The translations under genes and the position numbers were made by a program. Below, piece by piece: positions 23,112-36,315 of a stretch of 64,000 bases of DNA (position 1 is its first letter; every line of letters starts with the position of its first letter). This DNA is from Macrostomum hystrix (lineage: Eukaryota > Animalia > Platyhelminthes), in assembly GCA_950097015.1 (NCBI GenBank), contig CATNEN010000012.1, positions 1,364,001 to 1,428,000 of the forward strand. Reading direction: 5' to 3'. A model generated the notes under the pieces. The model made no database searches. It had not been told where the DNA came from and saw only the letters and a list, made by a program, of their open reading frames with translations.

Positions 23112-23912
23112 GAGATCCGCTGCTGTCAATATACAGTGAGCAGTGGATAACACAGAAGTGACACACAATGGGAGAGATATACAGCTATTCAAAATGACAC
23201 AGACATGCTGCAAATCATAAACACTGTGAGATCCGCTGCTGTCAATATACAGTACGCAGTGGATAACACAGAAGTGACACACAATGGGAGGGATATACAG
23301 CTATTCAAAATGACACAGACATGCTGCAAATCATAAACACTGTGAGATCCGCTGCTGTCAATATACAGTACGCAGTGGATAACACAGAAGTGACACACAA
23401 TGGGAGGGATATACAGCTATTCAAAATGACACAGACATGCTGCAAATCATAAACACTGTGAGATCCGCTGCTGTCAATATACAGTACGCAGTGGATAACA
23501 CAGAAGTGACACACAATGGGAGGGATATACAGCTATTCAAAATGACACAGACATGCTGCAAATCATAAACACTGTGAGATCCGCTGCTGTCAATATACAG
23601 TAAGCAATGGATAACACAGAAGTGACACACAATGTGAGGGATATACAGCTATTCAAAATGACACAGACATGCTGCAAATCATAAACACTGTGAGATCCGC
23701 TGCTGTCAATATACAGTAAGCAGTGGATAACACAGAAGTGACACACAATGGGAGGGATATACAGCTATTCAAAATGACACAGACATGCTGCAAATCATAA
23801 ACACTGTGAGATCCGCTGCTGTCAATATACAGTACGCAGTGGATAACACAGAAGTGACACACAATGGGAGGGATATACAGCTATTCAAAATGACACAGAC
23901 ATGCTGCAAATC
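23112..23912. repeat. 116-bp tandem array 1 (~7 units)
   Basis: GAGATCCGCTG at 23112, 23228, 23344 and onward. Confidence 0.97.
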
Positions 23913-24607
23913 TTAAGCGCTGTGAAATCATTCACAGCCTCATTCACAGCCTTATTCACACTCACAACTTTATTCACAGCCTCACTCACATTCACAGCCC
24001 CACTCACATTCGCAGCCTCACTTACATTCACAGCCTTACTCACATTCACAGCCTCATTCACATCTTCACTAACATTCATAGCCACATTTACAACCTCGTG
24101 CACAGCACAAACCTTGAGACCGAAACAGAAGCTCGATTTTTTCGACATTTCGCAACAGTTGGAGAGGCCTAAAACTGGGGGTGCTAACGGCATTGCGCAA
24201 GAATATTGGTATTGTTAATGTAAGTATTGTAGTCAAAAAAAGATACGTTTATATCAACCTGGTGTCAATAATGAACAGTGTAGCTTCATGACTGCATGCA
24301 AAACTGTCAATCACACCTCCAACAGATAAGGACCAAAAACAGATTGAGTATTACTTACCCCAGAACTGCGTTCCTATTAAAAATAAAACACTAACACAAA
24401 AAGGGGATTATTGCGCAATCATGACAATTACCTGGTTCAAGTCAAGCAAGGCATAACTTGCTTTAAAGCTAGCTCACCCGATCTAATTCACAGCCTCATT
24501 CACATTCACTGCCTCATTCAGTACCTCATTCACAGCCAGACTCACTGATCTAGTTTGGGTTTCGAATACTCAGTTTTTCAGCATTTTTAATTCATTGAGT
24601 AGCCCTT

Positions 24608-27148
24608 GAGATCCGCTGCTGTCAATATACAGTACGCAGTGGATAACACAGAAGTGACACACAATGGGAGGGATATACAGCTATTCAAAATGACACAGAC
24701 ATGCTGCAAATCATAAACACTGTGAGATCCGCTGCTGTCAATATACAGTACGCAGTGGATAACACAGAAGTGACACACAATGGGAGAGATATACAGCTAT
24801 TCAAAATGACACAGACATGCTGCAAATCATAAACACTGTGAGATCCGCTGCTGTCAATATACAGTACGCAGTGGATAACACAGAAGTGACACACAATGGG
24901 AGGGATATACAGCTATTCAAAATGACACAGACATGCTGCAAATCATAAACACTGTGAGATCCGCTGCTGTCAATATACAGTACGCAGTGGATAACACAGA
25001 AGTGACACACAATGGGAGAGATATACAGCTATTCAAAATGACACAGACATGCTGCAAATCATAAACACTGTGAGATCCGCTGCTGTCAATATACAGTACG
25101 CAGTGGATAACACAGAAGTGACACACAATGGGAGGGATATACAGCTATTCAAAATGACACAGACATGCTGCAAATCATAAACACTGTGAGATCCGCTGCT
25201 GTCAATATACAGTACGCAGTGGATAACACAGAAGTGACACACAATGGGAGAGATATACAGCTATTCAAAATGACACAGACATGCTGCAAATCATAAACAC
25301 TGTGAGATCCGCTGCTGTCAATATACAGTACGCAGTGGATAACACAGAAGTGACACACAATGGGAGGGATATACAGCTATTCAAAATGACACAGACATGC
25401 TGCAAATCATAAACACTGTGAGATCCGCTGCTGTCAATATACAGTACGCAGTGGATAACACAGAAGTGACACACAATGGGAGAGATATACAGCTATTTAA
25501 AATGACACAGACATGCTGCAAATCATAAACACTGTAAGATCCGCTGCTGTCAATATACAGTGAGCAGTGGATAACACAGAAGTGACACACAATGGGAGGG
25601 ATATACAGCTATTCAAAATGACACAGACATGCTGCAAATCATAAACACTGTGAGATCCGCTGCTGTCAATATACAGTACGCAGTGGATAACAAAGAAGTG
25701 ACACACAATGGGAGGGATATACAGCTATTCAAAATGACACAGACATGCTGCAAATCATAAACACTGTAAGATCCGCTGCTGTCAATATACAGTGAGCAGT
25801 GGATAACACAGAAGTGACACACAATGGGAGGGATATACAGCTATTCAAAATGACACAGACATGCTGCAAATCATAAACACTGTGAGATCCGCTGCTGTCA
25901 ATATACAGTACGCAGTGGATAACACAGAAGTGACACACAATGGGAGGGATATACAGCTATTCAAAATGACACAGACATGCTGCAAATCATAAACACTGTG
26001 AGATCCGCTGCTGTCAATATACAGTGAGCAGTGGATAACACAGAAGTGACACACAATGGGAGGGATATGCAGCTATTCAAAATGACACAGACATGCTGCA
26101 AATCATAAACACTGTGAGATCCGCTGCTGTCAATATACAGTACGCAGTGGATAACAAAGAAGTGACACACAATGGGAGAGATATACAGCTATTCAAAATG
26201 ACACAGACATGCTGCAAATCATAAACACTGTGAGATCCGCTGCTGTCAATATACAGTACGCAGTGGATAACAAAGAAGTGACACACAATGGGAGAGATAT
26301 ACAGCTATTCAAAATGACACAGACATGCTGCAAATCATAAACACTGTGAGATCCGCTGCTGTCAATATACAGTACGCAGTGGATAACAAAGAAGTGACAC
26401 ACAATGGGAGAGATATACAGCTATTCAAAATGACACAGACATGCTGCAAATCATAAACACTGTGAGATCCGCTGCTGTCAATATACAGTACGCAGTGGAT
26501 AACACAGAAGTGACACACAATGGGAGGGATATACAGCTATTCAAAATGACACAGACATGCTGCAAATCATAAACACTGTGAGATCCGCTGCTGTCAATAT
26601 ACAGTAAGCAATGGATAACACAGAAGTGACACACAATGGGAGGGATATACAGCTATTCAAAATGACACAGACATGCTGCAAATCATAAACACTGTGAGAT
26701 CCGCTGCTGTCAATATACAGTAAGCAATGGATAACACAGAAGTGACACACAATGGGAGGGATATACAGCTATTCAAAATGACACAGACATGCTGCAAATC
26801 ATAAACACTGTGAGATCCGCTGCTGTCAATATACAGTACGCAGTGGATAACACTGAAGTGACACACAATGGGAGGGATATACAGCTATTCAAAATGACAC
26901 AGACATGCTGCAAATCATAAACACTGTGAGATCCGCTGCTGTCAATATACAGTAAGCAATGGATAACACAGAAGTGACACACAATGGGAGGGATATACAG
27001 CTATTCAAAATGACACAGACATGCTGCAAATCATAAACACTGTGAGATCCGCTGCTGTCAATATACAGTAAGCAATGGATAACAAAGAAGTGACACACAA
27101 TGGGAGGGATATACAGCTATTCAAAATGACACAGACATGCTGCAAATC
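24608..27148. repeat. 116-bp tandem array 2 (~22 units), same unit as array 1
   Basis: Identical unit; explains the series of 69-aa MCHFCVIH ORFs. Confidence 0.97.
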
Positions 27149-27154
27149 TTAAGC

Positions 27155-27540
27155 GCTGTGAAATCATTCACAGCCTCATTCACAGCCTTATTCACACTCA
27201 CAACTTTATTCACAGCCTCACTCACATTCACAGCCCCACTCACATTCGCAGCCTCACTTACATACACAGCCTTACTCACATTCACAGCCTCACTCACATT
27301 TATAGCCTCACTCACATTCACAGCCTCACTCACATTTACAGCCTCACTCACATTCACAGCCTCACTCACATTCACAGCCTCACTTACATTTACAGCCTCA
27401 CTCACATTCACAGCCTCACTCACATTCACAGCCTCACTCACATTCACAGTCTCACTTACATTTGCAGCCTCACTCACATTCACAGCCTTACTTACATTCA
27501 CAGCCTCACTCACGTTTACATTTATGGCCTCATTCGCAGT
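27155..27540. repeat. 18-bp TTCACAGCCTCACTCACA repeat (shorter copy at 23920-24090)
   Basis: Follows each 116-bp array. Confidence 0.85.
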
Positions 27541-27836
27541 CTTACATGTATATACAGCTTTTTCACATCTTTACCCACACTTTTGGTGTGTTAATATTTT
27601 GATTTTAAGATTAAAAAGTTATTGTTAGTTGGTACAATTAAAAAGATATGTACCAAGACTATTGGCAGTAGTTTTTCAGATTTTGTTCTGCTTTTTGCGA
27701 TTAGAACTTAAATTCTGTCTTTGTTTTGCAGTGCTTAAATATACACTATTTTTTTAATTCAGTTTTTACGCAAGCATGGATCTTGGTTTTTACGCATATA
27801 TCTCATGCGTAATTTCTCATTCTGGCGTCATACAAA

Positions 27837-27950
27837 CCCCCCCCAGTCCATGGACTGAACAGCCGTACGCAGCCTTCAGATGCGCCGCGCAATAGCTGGG
27901 GCTGTGCTGTCGGCTGCACATCTGGCCCAATAGGGGCAGGTGTAATCAAT
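27837..27950 (+). mobile_element. 3' half of the SINE interrupted by the YR element
   Basis: Near-identical to ~15747-15855 and has no SINE head upstream. Confidence 0.85.
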
Positions 27951-28584
27951 TATGGTTAGTATTATTATTATTTTATTCCGAATTCGTAAATTAGAGTTAG
28001 TTTTTTATCATCCTACAGACAATGTTTACTCTTATACTGTATTATTCTGTTTCTGAAGTGCAGGCTGTTTGCAGGCTGTTTGTATGTACTATTTTAGTTT
28101 CTAGTTAAGCTCACAGCTTTTCTTATTGCCAACAAAAACTGCCATTTTGCTTTGCTCGTAATACAATTCCATTTCCACTTATTAACTTTGTGTTTTTATT
28201 TATCGTTTCATCTTTTGTGTAGATGTCTTTATTCAAGAATTTGAAATAAATTATTGAACTATATCATTGATCGTGTATTTTATTGGCTCTTTCAAAAACT
28301 TTAGCTACGAAATGATCATAAAAATTGTTGTTTTTTAAACAGAATTATGTGTTTCTTTATTACGAGTAATATGAATTATGATGAAGTCATAGATTTTGCA
28401 CTGCATCTCAGTCCAAATGTTATCCGCATGCCATAGACTACTTTCAGTAGGGTATTTAGCTAGTGGGTTGTTTTTTTTAGTATTTTTTGTTTTACGAGGG
28501 TATAATAAACGTGACTAATTTTCGCGGGCAACAATAAACAGCTTTTGATGTGGTGCTTGTGCATTTGTGTGTGTGTTTGTGTAT

Positions 28585-28855
28585 TGTAGCCCAGTGGTTA
28601 GGGCGTCGGACTCACTAATTGAAGGTCGGGGGTTCGATTCCCGGCTCCACAGGAACAATTTGTTTCCTTTAGCAAGGCACTTAACTCTGCATTGCTTCAT
28701 TTCACCCAGCTGTTAAATGTGTATCAGCACTAGCTGGGGCCGTTGCGTCCCCACAGTCCGTGGACCGAACAGCTGTACGCAGCCTTCATATGCAATAGCT
28801 GCGGCTGTGCTGTCGGCTGCACATCTGGCCCGATTGGGGCAGGCGTAATCAATTA
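28585..28855 (+). mobile_element. CORE-type SINE copy
   Basis: TGTAGCCCAGTGGTTAGGGCG..GGTTCGATTCC..TTTAGCAAGGCACTTAACTC..GGCTGTGCTGTCGGCTGCACATCTGGCCC. Confidence 0.8.
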
Positions 28856-29324
28856 TTTTATATTATTACTATTGCTCTCTTCAGACTGAGAGTGATTGGC
28901 ATTTGCCATAATTGTTAAACTGCCTTTCCGCTTGGCATATTCTTTTTCAGCCTAAGCAGGCCATTGTTATGTCTTCTAATTTATATTCTCTGCTGTGTAT
29001 TGTATAAACAGTTTAGCACAATTAAACTCTGCCATGTCACTTCGCAAGTACAGATAAACAGATATAAACAGCACATCTTTAGTGTCAATAAGAAATAAAG
29101 TTATTAGAAGTATAAACAGAACATACACATAGTACAAGTATCATTTCGGAACGATCATTAAAGTGTAACTCCAGCTACTAATGCAAAGCAATTTGGATTT
29201 ATCCTTTATTCGCTTCTGAAAAAAACTGGTGTCGGCAAACTCCGGCTACCTCCAGATGCGGTCTGCAAAGCTACAATTTGTTCTGAATATGTCACCTGGC
29301 CCTCCCTCACCTGTCCCATCTCTC

Positions 29325-30195
29325 CCTTGTCACATCTCCCGTGTCTCATCTCTAGCGTGTCACATCTCCCGTGTCTCATCTCTAGCGTGTCTCATCTTCC
29401 GTGTCTCATCTCTAGCGTGTCTCATCTTCCGTGTCTCATCTTCCGTGTCTCATCTCTAGCGTGTCTAATCTCCCGTGTCTCATCTCTAGCGTGTCTAATC
29501 TCCCGTGTCTCATCTCTCGCGTGTCTTATCTCCCGTGTCTCATCTCTAGCGTGTCTAATCTCCCGTGTCTCATCTCTAGCGTGTCTAATCTCCCGTGTCT
29601 CATCTCTCGCGTGTCTTATCTCCCGTGTCTCATCTCTAGCGTGTCTAATCTCCCGTGTCTCATCTCTCGCGTGTCTTATCTCCCGTGTCTCATCTCTCGC
29701 GTGTCTTATCTCCCGTGTCTCATCTCTAGCGTGTCTAATCTCCCGTGTCTCATCTCTCGCGTGTCTTATCTCCCGTGTCTCATCTCTAGCGTGTCTAATC
29801 TCCCGTGTCTCATCTCTAGCGTGTCTAATCTCCCGTGTCTCATCTCTAGCGTGTCTAATCTCCCGTGTCTCATCTCTAGCGTGTCTAATCTCCCGTGTCT
29901 CATCTCTCGCGTGTCTTATCTCCCGTGTCTCATCTCTAGCGTGTCTAATCTCCCGTGTCTCATCTCTCGCGTGTCTTATCTCCCGTGTCTCATCTCTAGC
30001 GTGTCTAATCTCCCGTGTCTCATCTCTCGCGTGTCTTATCTCCCCTGTCTCATCTCTCCTCTAACTTATCTCTTCCGTGTCTCATCTCTCGCGTTTCTTA
30101 TCTCCCCTGTCTCATCTCTCCTCTAACTTATCTCTTCCGTGTCTCATCTCTCCCCTGCATCAACTCTCCCCTGGCTTATCTCTTCCGTGTCTCAT
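29325..30195. repeat. 15/30-bp array (CTCCCGTGTCTCATCTCTAGCGTGTCTAAT)
   Basis: Direct inspection. Confidence 0.95.
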
Positions 30196-30674
30196 CCATT
30201 TTGCCGCAGGTTGCCGTCTCTTGCTGATATAAAGCAGGTAAAATATATTCTGGTCGGGCTATGTATATTAGCAAGTTATGCAGAAATTTAGGCACGCAAT
30301 TTCAAGGGAAGAGTGGGTAAGATATTCCCATGCTTCGTTATACAATATTTCGCTTAGTTTATTTTCTCGCTAGTTTCAGACATCGCAAAACTTTATAGTA
30401 CTCGTAAGTATAACTCATATTTTTATATTCTCCTATCTCTGGTATTTTTCATTCTTTAATCCCCCCCTGGACCCAGACAAGATAAATGCCAATCGCAATT
30501 AGCTAATCCGTGGGCAGGTAGCAGGGCAGGTATGTACACAACTCTTGATCACTCGGGTTGGCGGACAAGAAAGGCGTTCGGAAACCTGTACAGAAAATGT
30601 TGGATTTGTTCCAACTCTTAGTCAGTGCAATTTCGGCTTGAGTGAACTACAAGTCTGTGACCTTCTCTGGCAGC

Positions 30675-31762
30675 TTATGTACAGGCTGTGATCTGGCTGC
30701 GTGATGCAGCAGCTGCAGCAGCTCGGTCCTTTCCTGTGCCATTCGTTGCAGCTCCATTCGGCCACTCTTCTCCTGCTGAACCAGCTTCTTCAGATCCTGT
30801 GGGAATCACAATCAAACCAGTTGAAAGCTCCTCCTGTTCTATCCAATCATTGAAGCCTTCTTTTTCTTTACTTTCTCCAGCCAATCACAGACATCCACAC
30901 GATCGAGTAAAAAAGTCCATAGCCAATCGCAAACATCCACGCCTTCGAGTTAGAAAATAGCCATAGCCAATCGCAGCCATCCACGCCATCGAGTTAAAAA
31001 ATATCCATAGCCAATCACAGACATCCAGGCCTTCGAGTTAAAAAATATCCATTTCCAACAACATCCACATAGCCAACATAACAAATCACCGACACTACTA
31101 CCAATTACCAACAAGTGCAATGTTCGCCTGCCCGCAATTACCTCGCTAAGCCTGTTATAGAGTCTCCGCATCTCCTCCAGCTGCTCCTGCAGGCAGTGCT
31201 CCCTCTGCACCAGGTGGCGCCGCTGCGCGTCTAGGCGCAGGTCCATTTCCAGCTTCTGCTCTGCCAGCTTGGCCATGAAGTCCTGCCTGGCCGCCTCCAG
31301 CTGTGTGCGCATGTCTTCCAGCAGTCGGGCCACGTCGGCAGCCGGCACCACCGCGGAGGTGCGCAGGTTGCAGATCTGCAGGTGGCAGGCCATCTGGCCA
31401 CGGCTTGTGTCTGTCCGGCAGGCCGGGCAGCGCATCGGCTCGCACGGGCAAGTGGACTCGTGCTGCAGCACGGACTCCAGCGGCACCTTCTCGCGACAGC
31501 CGTGCTGCCAGAATTGGCAGCGGATCTGCAACCCGTTGAGGTCGTTTCTCATGTAGCGATGGAGCTGGCGCAGCTCGCTAGCCAGAAGGATCTGCCGGTC
31601 CACCGGGCACGAGTTGTCCTCCAGCAGCCAGGCCTGGATGCAGGCAGAGCAGAAGGCGTGCTCGCAGGGCGCTTGGACGGCCTCCTCCAGGACGTCGTGA
31701 CAGATGGCGCACAGGAGGCCTTCGTTCACCTCTTCCTCGAAGCGGTCGACGTCGAAGCCCAT
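30675..31762 (-). CDS. RNF41/Nrdp1-like RING plus TRAF-type zinc-finger protein; exon 31762-31142 and probable last exon 30833-30675
   Basis: MGFDVDRF..LLCAICHDVLEEAVQAPCEHAFCSACI..W..CPVDR..MRN.L..LQIRC matches the RNF41 N-terminus. GAG|GTAATT donor at 31141. The last exon is in phase 0 but low complexity. Confidence 0.8.
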
Positions 31763-34129
31763 GATTTCCTAGCTGCGCTGTTGGCCTGGTAGCAACTGCT
31801 GCCAATGCACTGTGGCGCAGTGCTTTTATAGATTCCGTCTCTTGACAAAATTGGTGTCGAGACCCAACCCGCTGCCTCTTGGAGTTGCTCAATTGGATTG
31901 AGATACTGCTTGAGCATCGGCCTGAGCAGTCCCGCCTTCTCTCTCTCTTCTCTCTCTGTTGTTTTTGCCTTAGCAACTCTATGCGTACCATTTTCCTATT
32001 CTCAAAGGCTTCAATGAGACAACAACAGCAGCCACCATAAACATTGTTAAATTCTTTTCATTTGTCTGCTGGCATACCTGAGTACCCAAAGATGGCACTC
32101 TGTGCTAGTCTCTACCCCTCTCTCTATCTCTATGTCGAGTCTATAGGAAACGCCCGCGCTGAGCTACCGTGAGTACTGTGTGCATTTTTGGTAGATTTCA
32201 GTTCAAACTAAAACACAGAGTTAGGAAAGACAATGAAATAATGGCCTGTTTTAGTTGTTGGATTGGCTATCCAAGCTGCACCTAGAAACCTATTGACACA
32301 CACAGAAACTGAAGACTTTGCCAGGCATTCAAGAGAGCGGCAACTCAAGCATCAATTGGGATAAAGGGACGATGAAATTGAATGGACTCAGGCAAAAAGT
32401 GGCATTTTTTCTTCCCTTGAGACCGCCTGTCGTGTGTTTAGTATTTTACGGGAGCAAGCATTGCCCATTGCAGGTGGGGATTAGCCATGGACACGAAGTA
32501 TGGATTTGCTATTTTAATGTTTCCGCTTTCATTTTGAGCACAATTCGCCCACTTTCCCAGCTGGAATTTGAGCACTGCCTACTAGGTGAGGCATTTTTCA
32601 ACATTATAAACAACTGCTCAAATTCATTGGGCCCTGAATACAATTGTGAATGCCTGCGCTGTCGCTGGATTCCCGACACTTTAACGCAATGGGCTCAGAG
32701 CAACTCACCGAGAGGAAGAGACACGTAGGAAGACAGATGGGTCACATCCCCTCCACTTGCGCCCAGTGACAAGTGGGAAAAGAGTCCACTCACTCCCCAG
32801 TCTGTCCGGCAGTCTCATCCCATTGCATTGGGACCAACTGGAGGGCCACTGCTGTCCGGAGGTGAGGGGAGGAGGGTCGCAAAGATGAGACACAGGAGAC
32901 TGCGAATTGGAGGAGGGCTTTGAGGACGAGCCACGGGCCAGTGAGGAGAGAAATAGGCACTGCCACACTCACACACAAAAAACTGGCCCTCCAGCCTCCT
33001 CCGCGTCCCAGATTCCGCGTCGATGCGAAGCGGCCGGTGCTGCAGCCGCCCCTTATCTTGTCTTTCCCCTCAAGCAGACTCCCCTCTGCATCAAACTTTG
33101 CTCCGACAGGGGCCCGGCAGTTCAAGTTATCCAGTTTCACTTTGCAACCCCGAGACCATCCCTTGCCCTCGCCGAGGGCAATACTCCCAAGGCCAGCCTT
33201 CCTGGTGCCAGTTCTGCTCAAATCTCCCGCTTGTCCCACCTTTCCAAAGAAGCCCCGCGCGCTGCAACACCGGAAACAGACTGCGAGAGTAGACAAAGAA
33301 AGCATTTTTGCTGCTCAGATACCACACGCCAGGCAGAGCTGAAAGTGGAGTAAACACTTCCTAGTGTTTTTTTCGCTCAGCTTCCGTCGGTCGCATCTCC
33401 GGTTTCCACTCGGTGTGTTTTTTGCAGACTATTTAAAGCTAACTCTTTATAGTCTGACGGCACGACTAGAAACTCGCCATAATGTCGTCGAGTGTCGTCA
33501 CCAGCCTGATGGCTGGCTGCCTTCTGGTCTGCGTCGTACCCGCCGTTTCAAGTGAGTCTTGCACCGGTAAAAATATGATTGGTTTCGAAGGTGAATCAAG
33601 AAGCTGAGTCTAGCTGCCGTTTTTTTCCCTGTCTTGAAGCAGCAACAGGGACGCACAAGACCTGCCTCTCCCAGTCCCTCCCGAGTCAAAGTCGCTCCCA
33701 GCGTGTGTATGAATTATTTATGAGCCCGGCGGCTGGCGTTGAACTTATCTCTCCGCCGCAGCTTCTGTGCATGCCGCCGCGATGCTGCGCACTCAGCCAG
33801 CCAGCTTTGGCGACTGCCACAGCGGAACATGTTTACGACCTCATTCAGGCCTTCTATCACTTCAGCATCTGACGCTTGGTGGGTATTAGCCAACCCAGCC
33901 ACCTCACCCAATGCCTGTCAGCTGGAGCAATGTGCGCGGGTGAATTATAATCCTCACAATTCACAGTGTTATCCCCGCGACCACCTCGCGGTGCTATGAA
34001 CCAGATGGGATGCTCAGACAGATGAGCAGTTTGGCAGGGATTTGCGAGTGCTAAAACTGTGCCAGTCCTGCTGTTTGTGGGACTAGCTGCTCTCCTGCTT
34101 GTGTGATCAATGCAAAGGAACAGCTATCC

Positions 34130-34590
34130 CTGCCGTCTCATCTCACCAGTATCTTCTCTCACCCCTTTCTTATCTCACCTCTGTCTCATCTCATCCCTGC
34201 CTCATCTCACCCCTGTCTCCACACACCATTGTCTCATCTCATCCCAGTTTCATATCACCCCTATCTAATCTCATCCCTGTCTAATCTCACCCCTTTCTCA
34301 TCTCATTCCTGTCTCATCTCATTCCTGTCTCCCGTGTCTCACCTCACCCGTGTCTAATCTCACCCGTCTCCTCTCATCCGTCTCCTCTCACCCGTCTCCT
34401 CTCATCCGTCTCCTCTCACCCGTCTCCTCTCACCCGGTCTGATCCCTCCCGTCTCATCTCACCCCTGTCTCATCTCTCCCCTATCTCATTTCTCCCGTAT
34501 CTCATCTCTCTCGTGTCTCATCCCTACCGTGTCTCGTCTCTCCCATGTCTCATATCCCCCCTCGTCTCTCTCTTATCTCTCTTCTCTGTT
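34130..34590. repeat. Degenerate pyrimidine-rich repeat (TCTCATCTCACCC-like), related in composition to 29325-30195
   Basis: Recurrent GTCTCATCTC. Confidence 0.65.
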
Positions 34591-35930
34591 TGAGTTCTGT
34601 TTTCAACGCGTTACTTTTACCTCCCAGAAACCATCCCAGAGTTGCCATGTCTCGTCACTGAGATCATCCGTCCATCAATTGATGAGCCTCTCTCTGTCTT
34701 TGCTTTTTTCTCAAAGCACAGTCGCCAGTTCCCACGTGAATCGTTAATTGTCATTCGCTCCATCTGGCCTCAAGCTAGTCTAACTAGTTCTTGTGAAAAG
34801 GTGATCCGCTCGCCGAGTTTCTCATCCCACCATTAAGGAATGTTTCTCGTGCGCATGCAACAGACCGGTCGCATGAATAATATTGCTATTGGGCCGTATT
34901 CTGAACTGCCAGATTAAACTGCAAATAATTTAAGTCTATCACGCTAAAATTCACAATTTATATTTCTCATGGCCAAGTACGCACCGCTCTCAGTTATCCC
35001 AGGCTGGGATCTGGTCCATCTGCCATCCCTTATATCACTCCAACCCTCCCGATGGGAAACTTCTAACTGTTTTTTTTCATCCAGCAGATGTGGGCATATC
35101 AGAGGGGATACTGGCCTGCCGCCGCCGCCGCCGCCACTGCTGATGGCGAATCCCTTTGAAGGCGGCCCGGGGGGTTCTTCATTTCGATCTCCCGTGTGTC
35201 TTCTTTTACTTTTCCTTTTTTCCTGCTGCTGCTGCTGCTTCGTCTTCTGGAATGAATTTCTCGGCTCTGGCACTCGAGCGGGTGGCAGAAGTGATGAGAA
35301 ACTGGGCCGCTGAGGTGAGAGACCCGCGGAGGGGCATTAGTTTCCGCGGGGCACTCAAGTCTCTACTCAAAAAGAGGTGTCTGTCATCCAGTGGAGATTC
35401 TGGATTTGTGTTCTGCTGCAGCTTGTATTTCTTCAAACTTAAGCGCACCTTTGTTTGCCAACTGAGTGTGAGAGTGTGTGTGTTGGAGCATGTTTTATTA
35501 GTTCATTTGTATCTCAGAGTTTGGGGGAAAAAGAACGAAAACTTATCATTTAGTTCGCGGTCACTATTGACGTTTTGCCCGTCACTCCATTTACCGCAAA
35601 TTTATGCTAATTTTTTCAGTCCGTTATAAACTGTGCATTTCAAAACGAAATTTAGCGCAATACTGCCTACTAATAGCGACCTGGGTGCCAGGGATAGACT
35701 CAAGACAGGTTCGATTATATTGTACCTGACCTGCAGTGCCAATGCATTATTGTGATCATCTGCATCGGCAATTAAGACAGATACCAATCTTAATTTTAAG
35801 GGCCTTAATAAAGGAACTGGAAAGTCAACTAGCCGCCAAACACCTGATCTCCACACCAGTACCTTACGTTTCGTTTTATTAATTAACCGATCAATCAAAC
35901 AGTCCCATTTATTTATCTAATTACGAGTAA

Positions 35931-36315
35931 CTACCTGTAATATCTGCTAATCGTCTCAGTCCCTCTTATCTATCTAATTGACTACCTGTAATATCTGCTT
36001 ATCGTCTCAGTCCCTCTTATCTATCTAATTGACTACCTGTTATATCTGCAAATCGTCTCAGTCCCTCTTATCTATCTAATTGACTACCTGTAATATCTGC
36101 AAATCGTCTCAGTCCCTCTTATCTATCTAATTAACTACCTGTAATATCTGCTAATCGTCTCAGTCCCTCTTATCTATCTAATTAACTACCTGTAATATCT
36201 GCTAATCGTCTCAGTCCCTCTTATCTATCTAATTAACTACCTGTAATATCTGCAAATCGTCTCAGTCCCTCTTATCTATCCAATTAACTACCTGTAATAT
36301 CTGCTAATCGTCTGT
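35931..36315. repeat. 51-bp tandem array (~7 copies)
   Basis: CTACCTGTAA at 35931, 35982 and onward. Confidence 0.92.

Larger units (their letters stand above)
16500..27836 (-). mobile_element. ~11.3 kb tyrosine-recombinase (Crypton-like) DNA element inserted into a SINE
   Basis: The SINE 5' half ends ...GTGGCGTCCCC at 16499 and the matching 3' half resumes CCCCCCCCAGTCCATGGACTGAAC at 27837; the intact copy reads GTGGCGTCCCCCCAGTCCATGG at ~15740. The interval encodes a YR protein. Confidence 0.85.

Noticed and set aside
23079-27098. Series of 69-aa MCHFCVIH ORFs, and the 116-bp array as a CRISPR-like locus
   Set aside because: The units are identical along their full length with no unique spacers; the ORFs are a by-product of the period. 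Eukaryotic context with no cas genes.
16500-27836. DIRS/Ngaro retroelement or Polinton/virus assignment
   Set aside because: No RT, RNase H, gag, polB, ATPase or capsid ORF is visible; the non-gene part is tandem arrays and AT-rich sequence.
32300-35650. Short GC-rich ORFs (e.g. 32920-33342, 33714-33911, 34944-35273) as a hidden gene
   Set aside because: No recognisable motif and no phase-consistent exon chain could be built; may be UTR, regulatory or lncRNA. RNA-seq is needed.
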